Below, one piece after another: positions 21,400 to 34,900 of a stretch of DNA of 64,000 nucleotides (within the stretch, counting starts at the first letter, position 1; each line of letters starts with the position of its first letter). The notes beneath the pieces were generated by a model. It did not search any database. It had not been told where the DNA came from and worked only from the letters and a program-made list of their open reading frames with translations. The stretch is from Podarcis gaigeae. Its lineage: Eukaryota. The DNA lies in assembly GCA_964106915.2 (NCBI GenBank), contig OZ066917.1. One strand, written 5' to 3'. The translations under genes and the position numbers were made by a program.

Positions 21400-24201
21400 G
21401 CAGCTAGTATCACTTTAACTCCTAAAACAATGGAAGACTGCTTCTGCAGGTGTTTGTCCCATGACCTGTTACTACTTACCCTATGACTGCTGGGTTGAAG
21501 TACAGTATAAAAATATCCAAATATCTAAATGGTCAAGGCAGGACAGCTTTCCCAACAGGCTTTTTAAAAATCAATCACTTTCGCTGCTCTCTGCTCTTTT
21601 AAAAGCGGCATGCATGCTCCTACTACAGCTGTCATTTACACCTTCAGTGAAAATGGTATATTTATTTTTCTAGCCATCTAAAACACCCAGTAGGTATACT
21701 GAGCAAACCTTGTGATGTGCATGAAATGTCCTGGTAGCACTCACCCTTCTAAATGACAAAACACATGATGCTTTGAGACTTGCATCTTCATCTGCTAGTT
21801 TGCTCCTTCTCTGCCTGGGCCATTTTTTGATCTTTTCATGTATTCATGACAGATAAACAAGAAGCACAGAAAGCATACAGGAAACGATGGACCCATTTTC
21901 CGCACATTGGAAGTTACAAACTGATTCCTGCAGCAGACTACACGGCTGATGTTTACCATCTGATGCCAATACAAATTTGCAATGCGGCCTATTGGAACCA
22001 AAGGGAAACCATATAAAATTACTCTGTGTTTGTGTGTGTATATGATAGGCTTCCAAACTTCATCAAATATACAGGTGAACCCTTTCATTACACTCACACA
22101 GCTATCTGCTGCTGTTACTGCCAGTGGTGGTTCACTGGCAGCAGCTGTGGAAGCTCAGGCTTAATGACCTAGGTCTGCACTAAGAGACAGCTGGAGTCAA
22201 TCAGGGCCTTGCCCTCCCAGACCAGGTGGAAAAGGCATGCAAATTAGGGAGTAGGACTCACAGCTGATTCCTCCTTAGTAATTTATGCCTCTTCCTATAG
22301 TCCTCTTCTCCTGCCCCATTAGTTCTAGGAGCTCCATAAACTACTCTTTTGGTGGATTTGGCCATGTTCATTTCTGTCAGGAAATGATGAGATGGCAAAA
22401 GGGCATGCCTGCAGTATTGTGACCAGTCTCACCAGGTATGAATTATAATAATTGCTTTTAGAAATTTTTCCTTAAGATGGGCTAACAAAATTTCAGGATT
22501 GTCTTTTAACTGTGTTGAGAATTACAAACAAACAAAAATAATTATTGCAATGATCCCAAAGTTCATGCTTGCTTGGAGAGAATGGAGCTACACCATAGCT
22601 TTCCCATCTTTTGAAGGACACAACTAATACATAAGGTAGCCACCCTGTCCTCCTGTACCTCTCCTTAAGATTCAAGTGTTAGCATTGTGCATCTGGTAAA
22701 ATGCCGAATGGTAACACAAGGCAGATGGTCACTGGAGACTTGTGATATTTCTCTAATTTATTCATTTATTTATATCTTGGGGTTTATTTAAAAATTGACT
22801 CACCAAAGCTGTGTAGTGAGAGCTTGCCCTATTTAAGTACATGTTCTTGCTGACAATTCCTCTCACGCTCATCCCCCAGTTTCTACCGTTGCTCATGTTA
22901 ATGTTTTTCTAAGATGAAAAGCTTTTCAGGGTATGGATTTTCTTATTCAGCCCAAACCTAGTATTTGCAATGCCTCCATTCTGAAAGAAATTCCCCACTG
23001 TTTAAATGAACAAAATCCGCTTTATTATGTACAGTAGACCTTGCCATGCTTGGCTTTGTTTAATGTGATGACTGTAATAAACAGCATGGTGAGATCCAAA
23101 AGTTCCCCCTAAAATACAGCATTCTTTTGGCATTTGTTCCACACAAGTGAATAAAGAAACCCACAGTGACAGTTCTTCAGAGTAAACCTCTTGTATTCAT
23201 GAGAAGCAGCTGTGCTCCTGGCTGGGGAGAAATCGATTGCCATGAAGCCAAGGTATTTGCATATGAACTGAAAAGGTGGATTCTATTGATGAAAACCAGG
23301 CCAATGAAACATCCTTTTATTAAAAAAACACCCCCTCATTTCTGCAAACACTACCAAGGGGAAGGTAGTTGAGGCGGGAACCGCCTCAAATATATTATCT
23401 CCTGAGTCTCCTGTTTGAAAGGAGTACAAGTAGGCTTTTGAACTACCGGTCATTCTACATTTCTTATCTTTATAGAACCAACGTAGCTACTAAATCTCTG
23501 ACTGAAACCATCATTCTAATGAAATGAAACACAATTTTACGCAGCACAGCAGGTTTTCCACTGAGATACATTTACAAACTCTCTATAAAGCTTCCTCATT
23601 TTAAATATACCAAATCACAAAAACACAAATGGAAAGTTAAAAGAGTGGGAAGGAAAGGGAAAAGGGCGGCTACAGAATTGGTGCTATCCCTCTTAAATCA
23701 TACTCAAGAGTACACCCCTGAAAATAATTTGATTTACTCTGGATATGACTAGTATTGGTCAATCCAAGAATAGTTCCTCCCCTTAAAAATGTGATTTGAG
23801 GAATCGTAGAAGGGGTGGAGTGTGTGGAGACTATAGGTAATTCAATTTATCTACAAGATAGAACTGGAGTAATAACATTTAATCTGCCAAATGATGACAT
23901 CTCCTAACAGATGTTTATCAAATGATGAGATTTAACAAGTTGTCTATGTCCTTGATTCTAGCGTTTGGCTTTTCTATCAAAAAGGCCATCTTTGTCGGTT
24001 TGTAACATTCCACAGCACACTAATTCATTTAATTCAAAGAAATGCCACTGGTTTTGATGGAATCACTCATGAGTCAATGGGTGTGGGCTGCGTATTAACT
24101 AGGAAATCGAGATCTGGTGTAGTATAGTTGTTTTCTAATTTTGCCTCTGCCATGAATTCATGCAATGTAAGGGCACCTTTTTTGGGGGGGGGGGCCAGGT
24201 A

Positions 24202-24433
24202 CAGTAATACCTCATGTTACGTTTGCTTCATGATACGTTTTTTCATTTTTTCATTTTTTTGTGATTTGGTATATTTAAAATGCGCAGACACGCAAAATGA
24301 CGTCACGTGCATGCGCAGAAGTGGCGAATTGCAACCTGCACGTGCGCAGATGCGCCGAGAAGCAGGTTGCATTCTATTCATGTTGTGAACGGGCCTCCGG
24401 AATGGATCCTGTTCGCAACCAGAGGTACCACTG
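24202..24433. mobile_element. Tigger/pogo-like MITE
   Basis: TA|cagtaatacctc...gaggtaccactg|TA. Confidence 0.8.
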
Positions 24434-24849
24434 TACATTCTTTCTTGATTGGGCGCTCTGCCCTGCTCACAAAAGAGGGCACAGATTTGCGTACATGCTG
24501 TGCCATAGGTAAATTTTCATTTACCTATGGCATAGCATGTATTCATTTGCAGAGCATGTACTCTTAAGCTACAGCCTTTCCCACTAAAAATTATACAATA
24601 TGGTTGGGAAATATTGCAATAATAATTTATAACAATATTATGACATTCATATAAACATGTTAGAATCAAGCAAAAATAAACAAAAACTTAGAGGAACAAA
24701 AATTAACATCGTGCAACTGGCTATGAATACTATGATGTTAGTTATGCTCCCCACTCTGTCTCAATTCTTCATAAGTAAAATGGGTCTGTTTTTAAGAAGA
24801 GGGGGCGGATAAGGATAAGGGAGATCAGGAGGACAAAGTGCTTCAAACA

Positions 24850-25075
24850 CTATGCTGTGGATGTTACCTCTGAAGCTGGTTTGGAAGCAGCAGCAGAATT
24901 CTACAGCCTGGTTGCTATCAAGCATTGGCTACTAATATAACATCTGTGTTGAAGAAACTGCAATGGTTGCCAGTATGCTACCAAGCCGTCTTCAAGGTCT
25001 TACAATTAGTATATAATAAAGCCTTAAAGAACCTGGGGCCAATGTACTTAAAAGACCATCTTATTCCTATACCTT
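24850..25075 (+). mobile_element. L2 LINE ORF2 fragment
   Basis: ITSVLKKLQWLPVCYQAVFKVLQLVYNKALKNLGPMYLKDHL matches the L2 HITPxLxxLHWLP...P.YL motif. Confidence 0.8.
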
Positions 25076-25501
25076 GCAATGAGCTCACTTGCCATGGGTT
25101 AGTACAATTGATCTTCAACTTGGCAACAACACAGTTTCAAACCAGGCATTGTATTTCAGAAGACAGGGGTGGTCATAAGATTTGCAGCAGCCAAGAATCA
25201 GATGCCCATGCTTGGATAAATTCAAGATTAAATTGTTAAAAATGAAGCAGTGTGTTCTAAGAGCATTTGTGGTGGCTATTTATTATTTATACCTCCTAAT
25301 AACTGCAGCAATGTTATCAGAAAAGGTCAAAAACCTGCATCTCTCTCTCTTTTCTGAGCAAAAAGGATTTGAGCCTTTGACATTAGCATGCCCATTTTAG
25401 TGTTTATAGCAGCAAGAGCAATACAAAAGGTCTGAAAATAGCTAGAATTTTGCAGTGTAAATTCTAGTCCACCTAGGTTTGATGGGGCTCTCTTTTATGA
25501 C

Positions 25502-26450
25502 TGTGTGGAATGGTTAGCCCAGGATGTGAATAAGTGTAGGAACTACAGGGGTGTCATAATAGGAAGAAAGATGTATTTGATAGTTTTGTTCCCTAAGGGA
25601 GGGAACAAAAGAAAGAGGCTGGGAGATTGTAGCGCATAAAGGGAACAATGCCAAACCAGTTCCTTTATCAAAGTAAGGCCTAACTAGTTAAGTACAGTGG
25701 TGCCCCGCAAGACAAACGCCTCGCAAGACGAAAAACCCGCTAGACGAAAGGGTTTTCCGTTTTGGAGGCGCTTCGCAAAACGAATTCCCCTATGGGGTTG
25801 CTTCGCAAGACGAAAAAAATTTGCATCCCCCCGTTTTTTTTTTTGCTTTTTCCACCCTTTTCTTAAGCCGCTAAGCCGCTTATCAGCTGTTCCGCTGATA
25901 AGCCGCTTAACACCTGATCGCTGGAAGCCGCTTGACAGCTGTAGCACTAATCCGCTAAGCTGTCAATGGGCTTGCTTCGCAAGACGAAAAAAACGCTATA
26001 CGAAGAGCCTCACGGAACGGATTAATTTCGTCTTGCGAGGCACCACTGTACCATGATTTAGCAGAAGCAAAGAGGTTTCGCTGTGTCATAGAATAAATGG
26101 GTGGGCCTTTCCCCACACTCCCCTCACCTAGCTGCAGTTTAGGAAAACATTAGCCAAAGTTGTATGAGTGAGCTGAAAGTGCAGACTAGAAGCTGAAGAA
26201 ACAGACATGTTTGCTTTAGGCTGGACTTTGGGTCTCTTCTAGAAACCTAAAGGGGAAGCAAAATCTCTGGGGATGTTAATGCTGTGAGCCTCTCATTCCT
26301 ATGTTCTGGTTGTAAATATGTGCAAATGAAACCGTATGTCCTAAAGACACCAGTCCCCCTTGACCTTCATTCTAAGGAAACTGAACACTGGGTAATCACT
26401 AGAGCCCCTGGAGTCTCTCATCTCTCAGAGACTGGGTTGGCATGTTAACA
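25502..26450 (+). mobile_element. Possible old solo LTR interrupted by the Tigger-like MITE
   Basis: TG...ACA ends and an LTR-like 3' part (tgtaaatatgtgcaaatgaaacc...). Boundaries and TSD are uncertain. Confidence 0.3.
25695..26048. mobile_element. Tigger/pogo-like MITE
   Basis: TA|cagtggtgccccgcaagac...gtcttgcgaggcaccactg|TA; internal repeats of cgcaagacgaaaa and taagccgc. Confidence 0.9.
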
Positions 26451-26846
26451 ATACATTTGAGTTTTGCACTTTGTCTGTGACAAGGTGTTTGGCAAATCTT
26501 TCCTGGTATCTTGCATATGTTTGCTCCTCAAGTAATGTGTGCCTTTCTTTCTCTTTGGCTGCTTTACCTTTCAATAGTGTTCTGTGTTTTTCGGTCCCAG
26601 TGGGACACCAAGTGGGCACACAGAGAACTGCAGGAAAGTAATTTAACAACCCAAAACTATTTCTTTAGATGCAAGGAACACGTTTTGGAAAACCCTGTTG
26701 GGTTTTTCCAGCGTTATGATTAAATATTTTGAAGCACAATGAACAATTAGCTCTTGTATATGTGAGTGTGGGTATATATAGAGAGCTATACGTATATGTT
26801 CATTTTCTTTCCAGGACAGGAATTGGGTTAGTAGTGTTGCAAAGTA

Positions 26847-27188
26847 AGGTAAAGGTAAAGGGACCCCTGACCATTAGGTCCAGTTGTGACTGACTCTGGG
26901 GTTGCGGCGCTCTTCTCGCTTTATTGGCTGAGGGAGCCGGCGTACAGCTTCCGGGTCATGTGGCCAATATGTGGCGAACCAGAGCAGCGCACGGAAATGC
27001 CGTTTACCTTCCCGCCAGAGCGGTACCTATTTATCTACTTGCACTTTGACATGCTTTCGAACTGCTAGGTGGGCAGGAGCTGGGACCGAGCAATAGGAGC
27101 TCACCCCGTCACGGGGATTCGAACCGCTGACCTTCTGATCGGCAAGTCCTAGGCTCTGTGGTTTAACCCACAGCGCCACCCGCGTCCC
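26847..27188 (-). mobile_element. Sauria SINE, full length
   Basis: Perfect 15-bp TSD tagtgttgcaaagta at 26832-26846 and 27189-27203. Confidence 0.95.
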
Positions 27189-27639
27189 TAGTGTTGCAAA
27201 GTAGCTAGTATTTAAAAGTTACCTTGCCATTGGAGACGATGCAGCCATCCATGGCTTCTCTTGCTCTGCTCATTGTTCCACTCACCCTCCCTGCTTGCAG
27301 GCTAGGAGGAGTTCTGCAACCTGGCAAACACAGGGCTTTGGGAAGAGAATTGGCTCATGTTTACCAGCCTGGGGCCACTTTACTTGCAGAATTTCCTTAC
27401 CTCATATGTGTGCACTCAGTGACTTCAATCTGGCAAACTGGTATCAGGGCTGGAGCAGCCATTAGGCGGGATGAAGGCACTACCTCAGGTGGGAGAAGCT
27501 CCTGAGGTGGCACCTCCAGTGGAGAAGCTGCTCCGGAAATCAGCACTGATGCTGGTGGTGCTTCTTTGGCAATGGCAACAGCTGTGCAGGCAGTGGCAGC
27601 AGGGCAGCACTTTCCATTTCTCCTCAAGCCACCACTCCC

Positions 27640-27740
27640 TGGCATTGTTACAGGTGGCACATACTTGTTTCACACCCATAAGAAATCGGTATTTCAGTGT
27701 GGCAGCACCTACAATTTGAAACTCCCTGCCTATGGACATC
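27640..27740 (+). mobile_element. L2 LINE fragment
   Basis: RNRYFSVAAPTI*NSLP resembles the L2 RAFSVAAPxLWNSLP motif. Confidence 0.6.
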
Positions 27741-30700
27741 ATTGAAGGGTGTCGGCACATACCTTGGAATAATAGGTGGCGAGGTTTTATTTACACATAT
27801 ATCCAGGTTGAACATTCCAACAGATGTTTCTCCCTGATTAGGTTTCTGGATCGTCTTACCTAAAGCCATAGCTTTGTTTTCAGTATAGAAATCAAAGCAA
27901 GCATCTGTGTATTCCCAATTTTAGGTGAGATTAGACAAGACTGGCCTCTTGCCTGTTGTTTTGCCTTAGGACAGTGTTTCTGGGCAGGTGCACCAGACTC
28001 TTCGCTTTTAAAAAAGTAAGTCTCTAGCCCTCCTAGAAAGTAAGTTATGGGGCAAAATGTGCAGATACTTTCTAAGCGATTTCTATGAAATTAGTGTGAT
28101 TGTGGTGTGACCATCTTGTATATTTTCCCTGGTACTGAGGAATGCTTCTTGTTGCTATTAGACAGCAAGATCAGTGTTTGTGTGTATGTGTAAAGTCTAT
28201 ACTAATTGATCTCCACAGTCAGGATCTGCAGGACATATCCCATGGTAAGCGTGAGGTTGCCAGGGCTGACTGTCTCTCTAATTTTGTGTTATCACACTCC
28301 CTATGGCAGCCATTTTGTGTTGTGCTCCTCCCCTCCCCCCCAGAAGCTATTTTGTGACTGGCGTCCCCAGCTTTCTCTCAAAATTGAAAATGTGTCCGCT
28401 GGTTCAAAAAGATTGGTGGCTCCTGCCCTAAGATGACTGAGCTATTGTCCTCCTAACCCTAGGATGATGTGGCCTCCAGCCTGGTGATTGGGGAGGGCCT
28501 CCAAAATCATTCTCCAAAATGACATCTCATTAAAAACATGATAAAATAATTTTAGTATGATTTCTATTTAGTATTATTGGCCAGTTAAGTTTATAGTGGT
28601 CATGTGATTCTGTTGGAAAACACAGAAGTAGTTGTGGTAAATCAATTAAGTGTTACTCTATTTACAGAAGGATAACTTGGGGTGAGAGGAAGGAGCAGCA
28701 AGTCAACATCCTGCCCCACTCTGAGGGGACACACATTTGGCTTGAGGAACTGTGTGGCTGCTCTTTGTGTCAAGATTAAAAAAAATTAAGCCATTGTTTT
28801 AAAAATAGAGACCTGAACTTTATATGTTTGTTGAATTAGAGCATTAATAATAGATAGCACTTACATTCTGCTGCAGTATGCTGTTTACATTGGCTGCTGA
28901 AAAATTCTACTATAGTAGAAACTGCATAGATGGATGGTATTTTACTCTGAAATGATTCCTGGTTGCTACTTACTTTTTGTACTGTAATGTCACTAGGTTT
29001 ATGAAATGACTTTACAATGCCAACAAGGAGGCTAGCATCTTAGCACTGTGAGACTAATGTACTGATATCAGAGATAAATCTCTGCTTGCTCCTGTGGCTT
29101 TAACTTTGAATCTCCTGGTGTCATATGACATCACTAGAATGACATGTGTGGCTCCACCTACTTGTCAAAATAGTCCACGGATTTCTAGATTCTCCCTTCA
29201 GTTAGGGCCTTTTATTTCAAAAGAATAGCCATTTATTTCAATAGTCATCGAGCCACACTACATATCAGCCTACTGGTAGCAGAGTTACGTAGCTTTTATA
29301 CATCTGAGTGTTTCTTAGAGCTGATCACATTTTTATGTGGAAAGCTTTCCCATTAAGATGATGCCTATTTGAAAATTAAAATTGATTAGAAACAATTCTG
29401 CTCTGTATATTCATTTTCTTATGAGAAATTTCTAGTGAATTCATTAGATGTAAGTCTTGCCAAAGAGCAATGGGTTGGATTAAGTGGACTTTGAGAAGAA
29501 TCAGCGATGAAAAGGAATAAGCAAGTATTTGGCATAATGGTGCAGTTCCTGTTAAGCCGTTATCGATGTGTGATGGAATACTTTACCGTTAGTTCTTCTT
29601 TCCATACAGCTGACTTTATAGTCTCTCCTTTTCAGAAGCAAATTAGCATCAGCATCAATTACAATAACAGTGAACTTTGTGGTCTTGTGCCTATAGCAAG
29701 GTGTTGAAATAAGGCCAGCCATAGATGCCAATCCTGTCTTTCCAGTTCTCCTAGCTTAAAGAGTATTTTTCTTTGCTGTTCTTTTCCATTCCAACTTTTA
29801 ATTTGGATTTCTGAGTGACTGTAGGAAGAAGTCTATAATTTATATATTTTTAGTTAGTTGGCTGAGACAGGCTTTGCTGAGTGATGGACTCCAAAGCCAA
29901 CACTCCAAAACCATCCAAGTAACATGTTCTGTGTCAGCAGAAGGATTTCTGCTTGCGCAATGGAATTCTCTGCCCACCTGGGTGTGTCCCCTGAATCTAT
30001 TGTAGGGAGGGTTGGGTGTGGAACGAGCAAAGGAAGAGTTAGTGGGAAGAACCGTTGTGCAAGAGGAAATATTTGCACTGATAGAACATGTGGACACCTC
30101 CCCTAGTTTCTTTACCTCCATGGAATTAATAGAACTTTCCCCTTGCTTGCTTTATTACCCTCAAGTATGCTGGCCACTGCAGCCTTGGTCTGCTTCCTCT
30201 GCTAAGGTGAAAAAGGTGCCAAGAGAAGGTCATACCATCGAAAGTGGAGTTTAGAAGTCTCAGGGGGCAGTGGAGTGGAGTTTTGCCTCCAATGCTGTCC
30301 TGAAGCAGCAGCACCTACAGCACCACATCCAGAGAGGAGCCTGTCACCATGACTCAAAGTGGAACTGGAGACACTGTTATTAACAGCCAGCATTGGCAAA
30401 CATCCAGAGGGCACCATGTTAGCTATCCCTGCTGTTATATCAGGTTCACTTTTGCATTGGAGTTTGTCAGTTTCTTATGCTGCTCTCCCCACCCTTCTAT
30501 ATACAGAGTCATACCACCCACCAAAAGGCTTCATAGTAATGTGTCCTAATGTGCTCAGGTGGTATGAGACTATCAGTTTAGAAGGCCAGGCTGAAAAACC
30601 AATTAGCTTCTCATGAACTCTCCCTTAAGCAGTAGTCCTGAAGGAGATAGCAATACAGTACAGGCTTTAGCTTATGCTGGGGTTACATTCTGGGGATAGC

Positions 30701-30867
30701 ACCTAAAGCCAAAACCATGTATTGTAAAAAAGGCTTTTTTCTTGGATGCCAGACCCCTTTCTATTTATTTATTTTTTAATTCCCAAGCGAATAAAGCCTA
30801 ATACGTGCAAGTTAAAACCACATATATTGTGAGTTACAACAAAATGTATGTGAAAATGCACTGTGTC

Positions 30868-31223
30868 CAGGGCCGGATTTAGGTTTGATGCGGCCCTAAG
30901 TTACTGAAGGTAATGGGACCCTTTATATGTCCAGATGTCCTATGTCAACAACAAATTGTCACCTTGTGTTGAATATATGCTATATGGTAATTTATGAACC
31001 TAATAGGTATCTAAAGCCATTTGCACATAACAAAATGTGTATTTTATCAAAGTAATTGTTGAACTGAAATACAATTAAGATTAAGGTTTTATTTTATTTT
31101 TTTTTTTATCTTATATTTTGGAATTGAACATCCAGGCTTTTTTCCTTTAAATTTTTGCCCCCCCCCCAAGAGAGTGAGGCCCTAAGCTATAGCTTGTTTA
31201 GCTTATATGCAAATCTGGCACTG
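30868..31223. mobile_element. hAT-type MITE
   Basis: cagggccggattta...aaatctggcactg; perfect 8-bp TSD actgtgtc. Confidence 0.88.
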
Positions 31224-31473
31224 ACTGTGTCTTGTTGCTTCTCCAAGTAGTTCTCAGCTAGGTACAGTATTCTAAATACTGGGGTATGAGTAGGGGCTCC
31301 TAGGTCCAAGAGCAAAGACCAGAAGTGGCTCCAAACTCTGTCCTCTGATGTAAGGGAAGGTTGAGATCATACTGAAGGTCATGGTCTTCTACAGTGTTCC
31401 ATACATAATATATCCACAGGAAAGTTTTCGTGTGAGCCAGTACAATAGTAAAACAACAGAGACAGCAATTTCT

Positions 31474-31984
31474 NNNNNNNNNNNNNNNNNNNNNNNNNNN
31501 NNNNNNNNNNNNNNNNNNNNNNNNNNNNNNNNNNNNNNNNNNNNNNNNNNNNNNNNNNNNNNNNNNNNNNNNNNNNNNNNNNNNNNNNNNNNNNNNNNNN
31601 NNNNNNNNNNNNNNNNNNNNNNNNNNNNNNNNNNNNNNNNNNNNNNNNNNNNNNNNNNNNNNNNNNNNNNNNNNNNNNNNNNNNNNNNNNNNNNNNNNNN
31701 NNNNNNNNNNNNNNNNNNNNNNNNNNNNNNNNNNNNNNNNNNNNNNNNNNNNNNNNNNNNNNNNNNNNNNNNNNNNNNNNNNNNNNNNNNNNNNNNNNNN
31801 NNNNNNNNNNNNNNNNNNNNNNNNNNNNNNNNNNNNNNNNNNNNNNNNNNNNNNNNNNNNNNNNNNNNNNNNNNNNNNNNNNNNNNNNNNNNNNNNNNNN
31901 NNNNNNNNNNNNNNNNNNNNNNNNNNNNNNNNNNNNNNNNNNNNNNNNNNNNNNNNNNNNNNNNNNNNNNNNNNNNNNNNNNNN
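31474..31984. other. Assembly gap (511 N)
   Basis: Run of n characters. Confidence 1.
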
Positions 31985-34900
31985 TCTCAGTTTACTTGCT
32001 TTATAACTGACATACCATTTACAGAGTAAAATGAGAGAAAAAAAAGGAACTCAGTATTCCCTCAAAACTTTTGACCTGCTCGTCTCATTTTCTTAAACCA
32101 TGTTGCACTGTATAAAGGTGTGTTTTTGTGTTTATGTATAAGTACACTTACAGCCACTACAACACACTTTGGATTAGGCAGAAACTAGTATCTCCAGGAG
32201 AAGTATCTTTGCTCAAAAGGGATCTTGTCTTGAAGCCTTTACATTTGGAAATCATTGTTTTAATTTATGTAAAGACTGCAGGATTCGTCTTCAACGTAGT
32301 TTTTCCCATTCTCTCAGTTACTAATGATTTTGGGGACATTTCTTTGCCCAATGTATGAAATTATCCAGTCCTCAAACATAGAGAAATTCTAATGCTTTAA
32401 AAAAGCATACTAAAAAAAGCAGAAAGATAGGGCAAGTTTTGAAATCAGCACTGGAATCATACATTATATAGTCAACCCTTCAAAATGCTGGACCAAGGAA
32501 TGGGAAAACATGGGTAGAAGTTCACTTAATAGAAATATCACTGTTGTGTGTTTGCATGTGTGCAAGTGTATTGTCTTGTATGATGGCTTGTATGTGTGGA
32601 ATGCTGTGGACACACGCAAGTCATACCTTGCTCCTGCACACATTTGTATATGTTAACAGCCAGCCATTCAGCTAACAGGTAACAGAAAGACAGCAGATAG
32701 CATAACACATCAATAAGGTGCTCAAAGGAAAAAGGGTGGCTACCACTCTTGGAATGGGAAGCCACATTAAGGTGCTTCAAAAAGGTTTTTTTCTTAAAAA
32801 AACAAACAACTACATTTAGTTCAGAAATGTACAGATTTTTGCACATAGTGATTGAGAGCAAGGCCAAAAGTTAAGAGATTTCTGATATCTTCCATAAACA
32901 GGGGCTTTTTGTTACAGGTTTTGTTACTTTTTTGTTGGGTGGGTCAGTGAACAAAAAAACTAATCAAAAAGTGCAGAACCTGAACTGTGTCGTTTAGATT
33001 GTAATAGTTTTTGCCCAATCATTCAGTTGCTTTCATTTAGCACCGTTCCTTTTTCTTCCGGTTACAATCCATTCCTACTGTAGTTATTGTACATACAGAA
33101 AGGACCAAGTTACTTGCAAGTAGCTGTTTGTATTTGTGATCTGTTTCAAGAGTCCAACTATTATTCCTCTGCTGCTTCTGTGTTTGTGAAAAATCTGGTT
33201 TTGTAGCTGTGAAAAGGGAGGCTAATCTCCTCTCACACTTCCGGCTTTGTGTGTATGTGTGAATACATATCTGTAACCCCCTCACACATGAGAGTATATT
33301 ATAACTGGAGATAAAGTGAACTGGGTTCAGACATTAGTGCACTATCTTTCCCCTGTGCATTTGAAACAGTCTCCAACTTTTTTTTTTAAAGTGCATTTAA
33401 CATGAAATGGGCATTTATGTGCCCTTTGGAAAACACTTCAGAAGCGAAAAATGTCTGACTTGTGTAGATTTAGAAACGCCAATAGTGAATGGGTAATAGT
33501 AAGATCAAATAGGCAGATGTTCTCAGACAATTAATGTCTTTTCCAATATAGCAACACCATGAGTGACACAAAAAGGTGGAAGGGATTTGTTTTGAATTTT
33601 GGCATTTTGACTTTTTTTTTTTTGGAATGAATTTGGACTAACAACAGCAGCAGCAACAACCTGCCCATCTGGCTAGAATAGTTTGTTCAGAGCTCCAGTC
33701 ACTTCTCCCCTTTCATCTGTGCCGATGTGACAACTTGGAATCCGACTTAGTTAGATTTAAAAGAGGACCTGGGTGCTTATGTGCCAACATCTATTAGGAA
33801 TAAGGCACTGTAGAAATCTCAGCATCCTCTTTTTCTCAATGCTGAGATATTGCATGTTATATAGTGAATTCTTCTATTTCGCATGTGTCAAAAACAGGTT
33901 CTGGAAAAGGAATTTTTTTTTTTTTGTCTTATCAGCACCAAAGAGCTCTAAATCAGCACCCTTTGTCTCTAAACACATGCACCCATACAGTCAAACAAGG
34001 AATACAGGGATACGTTTAATTATTAAAATAATATGGGATTAAAGTAACTTTTCTTACTACTGGAACTCCTTGTGAGTTTCTGAGTTATTGCATAGGAGAA
34101 GCTGTGTGATATCAGATTGTCCATTAAGCCACAATTAAATTATCACCACCCCCATTTCTGATATGGGGATCATATGTTAAATTTGCAGCATTCAGCTCTT
34201 AATTACTTAGGCAGCTAATAAACCCTTCCACCTCTAAGGTCCATAGTGATATGAGATCTTAATTGTCTTCTCTCAGACCATTCCCTGGTCACCAGGGTCT
34301 TCCTTTGGCTTTCCTTACCCATTCACAAACACATGAGATGACCAGGAAAGCAATAGAGTGCAGCAGAAGAGTATGTGAGGAAAGCAAAGAGGCAGCAAGG
34401 CTCTGGACTGAACTGGATTGGATTATAATACGGGAAGCACAAAATTATAAAGTCTAAATATAATTGATCTCTAGGCTAAACCCCAGAATAAGTTGTGGGT
34501 GAAAAATATTTTAATGAAAACACCACAAAATATGGGCAACAGCAGAACTGCCACTTTTAGTGTTGCAAGTCTTAATAAGGCCACAATCTGGGCAAAAAGT
34601 GTGAACTCATAGTAGGAATTTTCACTGGGCTACAGTGGAAATGGGGGCAAAAATGCCTCAAGCCCTTTAGTGTTAGTTTTGGATAAGTTGTGTGCACAGG
34701 GATTACGGGAAATGTTTCTCTGGGAAGACCTAGACATGGATACAAACAGGGAGTTAATTGCCACAGCTTCCATAAATCATTTTACTGGACACTTTTTTTT
34801 GACAGCCTCTTATGTCTTTCTTTTTTTTTTTACGTGTAACTTAAAAGACGGTCAGGAGGCTACTTCTATTATAAAGCAGGAAAAGAAGGCACATGATTTA

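Noticed and set aside
21853-22016. Plus-strand open frame after a CAG, with several Tyr (KQEAQKAYRKRWTHF...), considered as an immune-receptor tail exon
   Set aside because: Weak acceptor, no proper ITIM or ITT motif, and no upstream TM or Ig exons found.
25695-26048. Regularly spaced short repeats (cgcaagacgaaaa) superficially like a CRISPR array
   Set aside because: Internal TIR-derived repeats of a TA-flanked MITE in a vertebrate genome; irregular spacing and no cas genes.
31381-32010. 209-aa ORF
   Set aside because: Artifact of the N gap.
33245-33300. Weak resemblance to the mammalian MIR568 region of the distal ZBTB20 UTR
   Set aside because: Low-complexity similarity recalled from memory only; no convincing hairpin or mature sequence.
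33931-33961. Two tcagcacc RE1 left half-sites
   Set aside because: No GGACAG right half at the correct spacing.
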